A stretch of 64,000 bases of DNA from Felis catus. Lineage: Eukaryota. Positions 53,680 to 64,000 of this stretch are shown piece by piece (within the stretch, counting starts at the first letter, position 1; each line of letters begins with the position of its first letter). Made by a program: the position numbers and the translations under genes. The notes beneath the pieces are model-generated. The model was not told the origin of the DNA. It ran no database searches and worked only from the letters and a program-made list of their open reading frames with translations. The stretch spans positions 4,278,001 through 4,342,000 of the forward strand of contig NC_058375.1 of NCBI RefSeq assembly GCF_018350175.1. The letters are read 5' to 3'.

Positions 53680-55153
53680 TGTAGGCAAAAACTTACAAAC
53701 AATATCCAGCACAGTGTTAGCTATGAATCCTTGTATGAGAAGTTCATTTGACTTATTTGTGCATAAGTTATTTCCCTCGCTATATAAAGAGGTGACAATA
53801 CATGGTATAAAAATTATTTATTAATGACTTAAGATTATTCACATGTATATATTCATACAGTGGTCAAGGTACTAAAAGTTAAAAACAAGATGATTTTGAG
53901 GAAGTTTTACTTTTTTTTTTGGTCTCTTGGAGATGGAAGTCAGAAAAATCAGAAAACGGGATGGGAAAGATCCACATGAATTCCTAAGAATATTCTATTA
54001 AAGCTGAACCACCAAAAAGTCATTCTGGGAGAAAGAAACCTCTGGTTATGTTCATACCCACACTCAGGTACTGAGTTATAATGGTAGGCAGAAAGCTTTC
54101 CAGAATGTTCCCTAAATGAATGTGGTATAGCTGTGAGATTTAGAAAGGTGAAGCTATACTTGGTAACCCAATTAAAATAACTACATTCTCAAGTTACTTA
54201 CTGGGAAACTATGGTATTCTTAGTATTTTAAAACTTGTCACAACCTGTGCTAACGTTGGCTTTTTTCTTCCTCTTTTCCAAATAACTGTAATAATCAGCA
54301 GGTATAATAATAATTTTTTTTCCCCTAAAGGCAGAAAACAAGGAATCACAGCCCCCAAGTATCTGGCTACTGTGGCTAATGCTCTTGCATTAATCCTTGA
54401 ATTCCAAATTTGCCCCCTGGAGCCCAGGAATAGTACCAGGACACCTGAGAAATAAACTAGACAAAACAACTACATTACTTCAGTGTTTGTGCTTGCCTAG
54501 ATTTTCTGCCTTTCTGTACTAAATACACATAATCTGTGTATTGATGAGATAATACAAGTACATATTATGCTACTGACTTTGGGTCAATTATTGGTATTAT
54601 AGTCCTTCCTTGAGTCTAGGGAAGGGAAGGTAAATATTCATGTCTAAACCTCCAGAGGGCTAAACTTCTAAGAGGAATCAAAGGAAGGAGACCAAGAAGG
54701 TCCTCCAGGAAGTTTTTGGGAGTGGCAGGCGGGGAAACAAGCAGACATCAGGAAGTACTGGTCATATCTGTGTACCAAGAACTACTGTTTGTTAATAAGT
54801 TATTCAAGAAATATCTATCGAACACCTATTCTGAGCAAGAATGATCCCTGTTACAGGACACAATTCAGGTTTGGAATTTTCTTTCCTTAATATGTCTGAG
54901 TGATTCCATTCAATATAGATCCCTGAATTCTAGGCTTTTGTCATCAAGTCCATTAATATTACCAACAAGTTCTTCACTTCCATTTCTTAATAGGAGGAGG
55001 ATTTAATTAACATTTACTCTATGAATTTACTATGGGAATAATTAGCAGTTAAAAAAACTCCCTTTTCATTTACTTGGACTTCACCTCCAATTAATACTCT
55101 TTTTGGCATTTACACTTTTAAACCAACAAAAGAATAATATCCCTTCCCGGCCC

Positions 55154-55347
55154 TTTTTAAAAATTTTTAGGTGTTTATTTATATTTGAGAGAGAGAGAGT
55201 GGGGAGGGGCAGAAAGCAAGGGAGACAGAGAATCCCAGGCAGGCTCCATGCTGTCAGTGCAGAGCCCCATGCAGGGCTCCAACTAAAAATGGTGAGATGG
55301 TGACCCGAGCGGAAATCAAGAGTCAGACTGAGCCCCCCAGGAGCCCC
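55154..55347 (-). mobile_element. Can-SINE
   Basis: Reverse-strand copy; TSD cccggYctttt. Confidence 0.85.
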
Positions 55348-56399
55348 GGTCTTTTCTTATTCAGGCAAAACAGGTTGCTGCTGGTAATCTGACCCCGGGC
55401 AACACTGGCTAACCTCAGGACATTTGCTCTGGCCATAGTGATCAGTTAACATTCTAAATCCTGCTAAATCACCTGAATGTGACAACTGGGTAAGAAGCTG
55501 TTGATGATGTTTCCACAGGCCAAGTTCAACGTCTGTTTTTAATCTAACTTCCTAGATCACCTCATTTTGTCATCGCCGCTGTGGCTCTCTCCAATCCGGG
55601 AAGACATTGCTGAAATTACATTAAAAAAATAACAGCAAAAATCGTAAACTATAATCTTTTGAGAAAGGAACTGTGATAAAAATTTTAGAATTTAGGAAAC
55701 TGTGGTTCAGAAAAGCATTTCTAAGACAAACCCGGGTCCTTTAACTACTAGTTTCCTTCGGAATTATTTTAACAACCTCAATAGTGATAGTCAACCAACA
55801 TAGCATTCACTCCCTCAGAAATAACCTCCAAGAGATTCTTCCAATCATCTTTTTCGATTTAGTGAGTCAAGGAGTCGTTTTTGTGATTCAAATTAAAAAT
55901 TTTATGTCACTCCTCTTTAACACAGTTCCTTTGTCTTCGAAGCTACCAAACATGTTACTGAATCATCTATAGGCTTTTTTTTCTTTTAAATGCTTATCAA
56001 AAATGTTCAAGAACGATCAGGCCTCCTCTGGTAACTTCATCACAGTGGTTAATTTTCAACTAAGTGTTCAGAGTCAATCAACCTTCAACATATAAAGTTG
56101 TAAAATACTCAGCGGTCCAGCGTTTAAACACCGCAAACTTCTCAATTAAATATCAATAAAATCAATGTCAATACCAAACATCTTTACTAGGTTTCTCCCT
56201 CACCTACTGTTGTAATCCTGTGAGAATATACTCAGAAGATAATGCCATTAAAGTAAGAAAGCAGGGGCAGTCCCAAGATGAGGCAGAGAGGAAAAAAGAA
56301 AAAAAAAATCTAATTTAAGGCTAACATCTTCCAAAACATCGATGATGCTAGCACAGTTTCTAAAAACGCAGTAACTCGGCACCCCAAAGTGGATCCTAC

Positions 56400-58800
56400 A
56401 GATACCAGGAGGTCCTCGGTCCCGCCGCCCCAGGACGGGAGGACAGGAGGAGTGGGCCAGAAAACCCCCACCGCGAAAACAAGTTCGCACCGCCGACCCG
56501 AGCCCAGGGGCGGCCGCGACGTCAGCGCCCGTCGCCCCCGCCGCCCCCAGTCCCGCCCGGGCCGCGGGGACCACGGTCCCACAAAGGGGCCCGAACCCCA
56601 AGTCCAAAAGGAGACGCCAGTCGCCGCCCCCGCCCTCCTGGTCCAAAGCCGTCAGCCCCGCCCCCACCCGCCGAGGCGACCCCCGCCCCCGCGGAGACCG
56701 CGGCGCTACCGCTCGCACCGCCCCTCCCCCACCGCCGAGCCGGAGCAAGCCTCCGCACCTCCCCCGCTCCGGCAGCCTCAGGTCCCGGAGACACCGCCCC
56801 CAGAAACCGGGCAGTCGCCGCGGAGCTCTATGGGGCTTGTAGTCCGCGAGGAGGCCTTTGTGCGCCTTAGAGGCGGAGCTGGGACCACTACTCCCACAAC
56901 GCCCCGCGCCCGCCCCCGCGCCTTTGGCTTCCCGTCGCCCACAGACTACATCTCCCGACAGCCCTCGCGGCTCTCCCGCCCTCCCTCCCGAGACACGAGC
57001 CGAACTGGGCGTCAGGTCGGGGAGCGGGTCGGGTTCCCGCTCGCCGCCGCCACCGCCCCCCGCAGCGACTCTCCCGCCTCTCCCGCCGCGCCGGCCGCAG
57101 GAGCTGCATCGCCAACTCTGCTCGGCCGTGGAGCCGCCGGCCCGGGAGCACAGAGCCCGGGACGCAACACGCCGAACCCCTCATCACCTCCAGCCGGGGC
57201 GACCCCTCCCGGGTCCGCCCTCGTTCTGCGCTGCCGCCGGAGCCCCCAGCCCTGAGCGGCTCCGCGGCCCGGCGCCCGCACCCCGGCCCCTGCACTCCCG
57301 TAGCCGCCGCCCCCCACCCTGAACATGGACTCCGACTCTTGCGCCGCCGCCTTCCACCCGGAGGTGAGTGAGGGCTGCGTCCGGATCGCCCCTGACCACC
57401 CCCACTCCAGTCCTGGCGCTCCCCGCAGCCGGACCCCCGCCGGCCCAGCGCCGCCCTCCCCTCCCCCGGCCTTCCCTCGTCGCCCCCTTGGGCGCTCAAC
57501 CCCGCCCCCCACTCGGGCCCGCGCCCGGTCCTCCCAGCCGGCCCTCGCCTCGGCGTCCCTCCCGCGGGCGTCCGCGTCTTCCCGGCGCCCGCTTCCCTCG
57601 GGTCGCCGCGCCCACCCCTCCCCGGCCTCGCGTAGCTCCGGGACCTGTCTGCGCCCCCGGCCCCTCCCCGCCGGCTTGGCTTACTCCTTCCCCGCCCCCG
57701 GGGACTCGGTCCCAGCCGCCGCCTCGCGTTCCCGCTTCTCGGACGAGCCCCCTCCCCCCCCCTCCCGGAGGGGCTCGTGGTCCCCCTCGGACCGGGACTC
57801 CGCTCCGCGCGCCCCCGCCTGCTCCCTTAATCCCCAGGGCCCGGTAGTCCGCGCCCCGCCCCCTGACTCCCGCGCGGCCCCCGCCCCCTCCGGCTCCGGG
57901 GGCCTACTCCTGCCGGGTCCCCACCCCCGCAAACACCCGAATCGAGCCCCCCACCCTCCGCGCGCTCTCCTCCCCCTCCGGGGCCCCCGCCCCCCGGCCG
58001 CGGGCTCTCTCGCCCCGCCCCGGCTCCCCCTCCTTCCGGGGATCGGCCCTCGGTTCTCCCGGGCGGCCCCTCCGGCGCCCCCGCCTCGGTCCCCTCTCGC
58101 TCCCGAGGTCCGCCGGGCTCGGGTGCGGGTCCCGGCTCGAGCGGGTGGGGGAGGCGGCGGCGGGCGCGTTGGCTCGCCGCGCTGCCGCCTTGGGGGTTCG
58201 CGGGGCCCACCAGCCCCGGACCCCGAATCCTGCCCGGCCTCCCGCGCCCCCTCCCCCGCGGGATGGGCCCCGCACCTTCCGGGGCCGAGTGTCGGCGGGG
58301 GGCGGCTTCCGCGGAGGGCGGGGAGGGGGCCGCACCGCCATCTGCTTTTCCTAAAGGCGGCGGGGCGGCGAGGCGGGCGGGCGCGGTGGGGGCGGCGCGG
58401 GTCCCTCCGCCCCGGGCCCGAGGGCGCCGCCGCCTTGCGCTCCGCGTCCAGGCCCCTGACCCACTTTTGCGCGTTCCCCGCCGAAATAAAAGTTCGCCCC
58501 GAGAGTTTGAGGGCCGAGGGCCGCGGCCCTCCCACCGTGGCCGGAGCGCGGGCGGTCAGTGCTTCCCGGGGATGGGGGCAGGGTCTCTGCGCCGCAGGAA
58601 ATGCCGGGTACCTCTCTGAGGCCGGTGCTCCGCCGACCTGCGCGCCCCTCGGGTCCCAGCGGCGGGGGGGGGGGGGGGGGGGCGAGGGGGGGGGAGGAAG
58701 GGGTCTGCTAGAACCAAGTTGAAAAAATAAGCGGAGCCTTCGGAAGGAAACCTGCGGGCGGCGCGCCGGTGCCGCGCCGATTTCTGGGCCCTCCGTCCTG
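56400..58800. promoter_or_regulatory. CpG island / PHF13 promoter with three ZNF143/THAP11-type motifs
   Basis: ACTACAnnTCCC-type motifs at 56820-56845 (-), 56884-56908 (+), 56944-56969 (+). Confidence 0.8.
57325..57363 (+). CDS. PHF13: PHF13 coding exon 1
   Basis: aacATGg [13 protein letters not shown]|gtgagt. Confidence 0.93.
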
Positions 58801-61800
58801 GGGAGGGGCTGGGCTGGGTCCAGGAACCCACCCCCCAGCTTCCTGTCCCGCTTTCACCCTAGCAGGGTAAGGGGGTCCCTGGGTTCTCGAAATGGGAGCT
58901 GAGCACGTAAGGATGGGGTTGGGATGGGTGCTAAAATGCCTGAAGGAAATCTCGGTAAATAAGCTAGCCGAATAAACCAAAATTAAGGAGAGTTGTTTTG
59001 CTTTTTAGCAAATAAAGGTTCTTTCTCCCCGAGCTGCTCTTTTTCGGGAGAAAACCCCTTCTTGTTAAGGACGTTTCTAGATTGAATGGAGACAGGACAC
59101 ACAAGCCAAAATCCTCTAGTATTTCATCCAGTATTTCTTCTCTCTGCAAGTTAAGCCTAGCAACAACGTTCCTGGTTTAATTTCTGAGTCGGGGAGCATT
59201 TGGGTGCTGGCCCCCTGGACGCTGGGTGTTGCAGCAGCGGAGGGCCGAGCGGAAGTGGCCTCTCCTGGAGGAGAGCGCCCAGGAGGAGGAGGAGTTCCTC
59301 CCTGGCTGGGGAGGGGTCAGACCTGAGTTGAGTTCTGAAGGGTAAGAAGTAGTTGACTTTGAAATCACTTAAAAATATTTGGATTACAGCTGCAGCTGGA
59401 GTTTATTTTCAAAATGGAAAATCTGTAGCAAAAACACAGTTATTAGAGCTCCCGATAGGCCTGCAGACAGTGATAATGTTGGAAAATGCCACAGGAGCAC
59501 AAGAAATAGATTCTTGTGCATGTTGTTATCTGCCCACCAGTGCCCCAGTGTTTGCCCTTGGCAAAACACCACAATACCCTTCTTTCAGCCTCCTGAGTAC
59601 AGTGCTATTTCTCGGACCCAAACCTACCTTATCTTGTTTCTGGAGTGTTTGTACATCTAGCCGTGTATTTCCAAGTGGTTGACGAGAACATCTCCCGCTG
59701 GCTTAGTTTTGTTTCTGTGGTTCCATCTCCAAGTGCCTACTTTCAAACACACCCCGTTTTCTCGCCTGCTAACAGGAGTGCTCCCCCAGTTACAAGAGGC
59801 GCAGGACTGTGGAGGATTTCAACAAATTCTGCACCTTTGTCTTGGCCTATGCTGGCTACATTCCTTATCCGAAGGAGGTAATAATCTTCAGGGCCACCCT
59901 TCTTGCTGGCAGTGAAGCCAGTGGCAGGGTGGGGGTCTGGAACGGGTGGGGTGGGGGGACTTCAGACGGCTGTCAGGTAGAAATCTTTCTAGGAAACTTA
60001 GACCTGTCTGGGAGGTGGTTTCTAAAACTCGGATAGAAAACATAGGCTTGTCTAGAAATGCTTTAATAAACTTCAAGCGTTTGCTTGCAAATAACATGTT
60101 TCCTGTCCGCCCGCTCTGAATGTCCGGTGCAGATGCAGTGCCTACAGTGGCCGGGCGGCGTTCTTGGTCTTTATGATCTATGAGACAGGTGCTGTTATTT
60201 ATCCCCATTTTAAAGACGAAGACACTGGGGCACTCCTCGCCCTGGGTTCCAGGCTAATTACAGTGGCAGAGCCTGGGGTTCAGCCGGACGGTTAGGCCCA
60301 GTCTACACTGTTCTTCTGGTGAGCAGCTCTCCACTTGCTTTGCACACCATGTTACAGTGTCTTCGGGGACTTGTGGCCCAAATCCCCTGTGTTTTAAGGG
60401 ATTTCTTTTCTCCTTGCTAAGTAACTAACGGGCAGAACTGAGGACCACCATGGTCATGGTGTTCAAGTTTGTATTAGGTCTCAAAAGAAAGGAAAGTTTA
60501 TTAAGAGGTCAGAGTCCAGCATTGGCTTATCGTTTCTGTTTGCCGTGGACGTGGATAAGTGTGTCTTTTGTACCACGCAGAATGTTGCCACTGTTTGTAA
60601 ATAAAATGCTTGACTGGTCCGAAGGAACCACAGAGATTAGCTCATGGCTTTGGGGCTATGATTACCTACTTTGATTTTGCAGTATTTGGGGGGATGTCTC
60701 CAGTTTTGAAGAAGAGTGTCAGCAAACTCCCAAAACTAATTTAAATTCACTTAATTAAAAGAAAAATACACCCCTTGGGAGGACAAACAGACAGGAGATA
60801 TTACAATCTGGGAAAGATAAGGGGGTTTGAGAGGGTGTCCTTGGCACTTTTCTAGATACTTACTGGGCATCGAATGAGTTCCTGGCTCTGGTCCAGGGGC
60901 TGAGGGTTCGGCAAGAGAAGGTTTTCCTCCTCGGGGGTTAACATTCTATCTGGAAGGTCACGGTAGAGTGCTCATGACACCATTCCTAAAGAGTACTGCC
61001 TGTGAGAGCCGAGAAGGTCACGGTTCTGATAGCCCTGGTCTGTAGGCCTGACCTGGCTGCGACACTCTGCCTGTGGCTAGCTCTTGTTGCCGGGGACCGG
61101 CCGAAACACTCGGACCCCACGCCTGTGCTTCTGTCCTTTCAGGAGCTCCCTTTGAGGAGCAGCCCCAGCCCTGCCAACAGCACCGCTGGTACCATCGACA
61201 GTGACGGCTGGGACGCTGGTTTCACCGACATGGCGTCCGCGGTACCCTTGCCGGTGTCTGACCGCTGCTTTGGCCACCTGCAGCCGAGCCTCCTGCAGCG
61301 AGCCAAGCCCAGTAACTTCTTGCTGGACAGAAAGAAAACGGACAAGCTGAAGAAGAAGAAGAAGAGGAAGCGGAGGGACAGTGATGTGCCTGTGAAAGAG
61401 GGGTACATGGGGAGCTTGCTGAAGCTGGAAGCCGCTGACCCATATGTAGAGACCCCCACAAGTCCCGCCCTGCAGGATATCCCCCAGGCTCCCGGCGACC
61501 CCTGCTCGGGCTGGGACTCTGACACCCCTTCCAGTGGATCTTGTGTCACGGTGTCACCTGATCAGGTCAAAGAAATAAAGACTGAAGGCAAACGGACTAT
61601 TGTCCGGCAGGGAAAGCAGGTGGTGTTCCGGGACGAGGACAGCACCGGCAATGATGAGGACATAATGGTGGATTCGGGTGAGTGGTCCCCGGAGGAGTGC
61701 CACGCGAGTGGCTGGTGGTCCGAAGAGCAGGGGATGTAGGCAGGAGTTTTGGAACGGTCCCTTCCTGGCAGTGTGACAGCAGAGTGCGCCCCGCCGTCTC

Positions 61801-62420
61801 TAGGGAGGAAGGGAGAAGAAGGTGGACACTGAGATGTTTAGGAAGTGGTGGGGGAGGGGGTGATTGCGGCTGGAGACAGCTGAGATTCCAGGACAGGCCT
61901 CCGAATACAAAAATAAGCTAGCTTCTCAGTCCACCTCTCGTGGTTAATTCCTGGTGCCACACATTTCAGTGGCTTCGTTCACGCGTTTGCTCCGCTTTCG
62001 GAGAGGGGAGCACTTCCGAGGGCCCTGCCGGTCTGATAGCCCTGCCCTTAGTGCAAGTTGAAGTCCGTGCATTTGGTGAAGATCGGGCTTTACTGCAGCT
62101 CAGCTGCCTGGACCCACTGGAGGAGCGGGTGGGATGGGGAGGGGTCGCAGGAAGGTTCTTCCCCCTCCCCTTACATGTGTCTCCCCTTTTCAGATGACGA
62201 CTCCTGGGACCTCGTCACCTGCTTCTGCATGAAACCGTTCGCCGGCCGCCCTATGATTGAGTGTAACGAGTGCCACACCTGGATTCACCTGTCCTGTGCG
62301 AAAATCCGGAAATCCAATGTTCCGGAAGTGTTTGTCTGCCAGAAGTGCCGGGACTCCAAGTTCGACATCCGCCGCTCCAACCGTTCTCGGATGGGCTCAC
62401 GGAAACTGTTTCTGGACTGA
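57325..62420 (+). CDS. PHF13: PHD finger protein 13 (SPOC1, H3K4me2/3 reader); 4 exons, 300 aa
   Basis: join(57325..57363,59776..59877,61143..61677,62194..62420) = 903 nt. [22 protein letters not shown] motif, basic KKKKKRKRR stretch, C-terminal PHD finger. Confidence 0.96.
59776..59877 (+). CDS. PHF13: PHF13 exon 2
   Basis: taacag|[34 protein letters not shown]|gtaata. Confidence 0.94.
60170..60310 (-). mobile_element. MIR fragment
   Basis: tatccccattttaaagacgaagacactg...gtggcagagcctggggttc. Confidence 0.55.
61143..61677 (+). CDS. PHF13: PHF13 exon 3
   Basis: tttcag|[16 protein letters not shown]...DEDIMVDS|gtgagt. Confidence 0.95.
62194..62420 (+). CDS. PHF13: PHF13 exon 4 (PHD finger)
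   Basis: tttcag|[34 protein letters not shown]...KLFLD-TGA. Confidence 0.96.
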
Positions 62421-64000
62421 CTGTCGGTGCGCGAGGAGACCATGGGCGAGGGATCGGAAGGGACGATGGGCTTTTTGGCCCGTCTCTTAGTTGAGCACAG
62501 AACTCTCAGCTCTGGTGCGGGCAGACCCCTGCCATTCAGGTGCCTAAGCAAAAGGACAGGCTGTCCAAGGTATACCCTGTATATAGCCAGTGACTGAATA
62601 AAATCCTCGTTGGCCAAAGCTGCTGCCAGAGCCGTGTTCTCTGCAGTGGAGGTGGACTCAACACTCAAGTACAGTGGGTTTGGTTCAGCTGAAAAGGAGG
62701 GTACGTGGTAGTGGTGAACCCTTGCTGTCATTTTGTTAACAAGCTCCCTCCGCTGGGAACGGGTGCGAGCTGTTACCCGCTTCCGCTGTCTCGGGAGAGG
62801 AGATGTTCGGTTTCCCGGGCCTGTTAGTGAACAGCCATACGTGTAAGCTTTCTCTCGAGTGTAAGTCTTTGACCATAAGTGTCTGTACAGCAACCATCAA
62901 GCTGCCCCAACCTTCGTGGTCTGCCCTCTCTCCCTGCTGTGGTTGCTGCTGTCCCCCCCCCCCCCCCCCCCCCCACTGCTGGCTGCCAGCTAGAGTCCTC
63001 TGGGCTTGCTCTGGGAGGAGCCCTGGGGCGGAGGCCAGCTAACGATCCCTAGGTTTCCTTCTGTTTGTTAAAAGGGACAGTATGTGGCCACTTCTCGGTG
63101 GAAAAGGGGTTGGTTGGGGGGGTTGAGGTGGCCCGTGTTCATAACTCAGTTTCCTGTTTTGCACGATGTAAAAAACCTGTCTTTTTGCACGATATAGCCA
63201 AAAGTATTGGCAGTTTTCTGCCTGGGTGCCCTTTTCAGTTGGTGGATGAGGTCCTGGGGTGCCCGGCAAGCTGTTCTCCAGCGAGAGGGCCCTTGGATCC
63301 GGTCCTCCTCTTTCCCTCACCTTACTCCAGTAGCAGCAGGAAGGTTAGGCAGTCACTGGGGAATGGTGTTCCTCTACATAATGAGGTAAGGAAAACTTGG
63401 GGGGAGGCCTCTCCTGTGGTTGATTCTCAGTATGCTCTCACACAGGCTGGCCCGCTGGTTTCACGGGGCAAGGTTAGGATTTGAAGCCTTTTTTTTTTTT
63501 TGGTTTGAATCGGTGTGTGAGTGATAGGGTAACATTGGTCTCCAGGAATATACCATTGGACGGTGCAGACTTCCTTAGATCTGAATCAGGACCCTGGACT
63601 GGGGAGACTCCTGTGCAGGCCAGCTCTGGAGAAGCCAGGGAGTTTGCGCCTGCAGCTCCACGGGGCTCTGCTCAAGGGCAGGGGACGCGGGTGGCTCTGG
63701 GGCCTGGAGGGAGAGGAAGGCTTCCGCTTTCTCCGAAGTCGACAGTGCTCTTGAGCAGTTCAAACACTCTTCTCAAAAATGTTTTTTTTTGTAAATGGAT
63801 GGGTGTGTTTTCATACACATTGTTTCTTGTGAAGCATGAAAAGGGAAGGATGCCCAGCTTGGTGGGTCATACTTACATTTATGGTGGGGGTGGACCCCCC
63901 CAGTCTCTCTGTGGGGGGGGGTTGTCTCCATGTGGCACCCTTGTGTGGGGCCACCACGGACGGGGACTCTTATTTGTATTCTCTCCCTTAGGCACAGTGG

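Noticed and set aside
55500-55615. Possible box C/D snoRNA (TGATGA ... CTGA)
   Set aside because: No terminal stem, no supported host intron, no recognisable guide sequence.
55780-56250. AT-rich stretch that might be a decayed pseudogene or transposase on the minus strand
   Set aside because: The frames I translated have many stops and match no family I recognise; needs a translated homology search.
56389-58535. Several long Pro/Arg/Gly-rich ORFs on both strands at the PHF13 promoter
   Set aside because: Low-complexity products expected from stop-poor CpG-island DNA.

Overview
Mammalian genomic DNA, very probably a felid carnivore (abundant tRNA-derived Can-SINE/SINEC_Fc-like elements, carnivore-type L1 3' end, cat-like TAS1R1). 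It holds the conserved block NOL9(-), TAS1R1(+), ZBTB48(+), KLHL21(-), PHF13(+). I reconstructed all five coding regions exon by exon with GT-AG junctions and consistent phases: NOL9 689 aa (12 exons), TAS1R1 841 aa (6), ZBTB48/TZAP 688 aa (10 coding), KLHL21 597 aa (4; exon 1 spans an N gap) and PHF13 300 aa (4). No prokaryotic-type system, CRISPR array or structural RNA gene is supported. The most unusual observation is a 179-bp near-perfect direct repeat (4 mismatches, 1087 bp apart) that copies the TAS1R1 proximal promoter into intron 1 and so brackets the TATA box and exon 1 of the umami receptor gene. Other points: an octamer (POU) cluster and a perfect CTCF core between head-to-head NOL9 and TAS1R1, an out-of-frame upstream ATG in TAS1R1, E170/D302 in the T1R1 ligand pocket, a SINE+L1 composite under one TSD, repeated SINE insertion at one target, inverted SINE pairs around NOL9 exons 7-8, and a 27-kb Can-SINE-free stretch. 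Repeat family names and boundaries are by eye and approximate.
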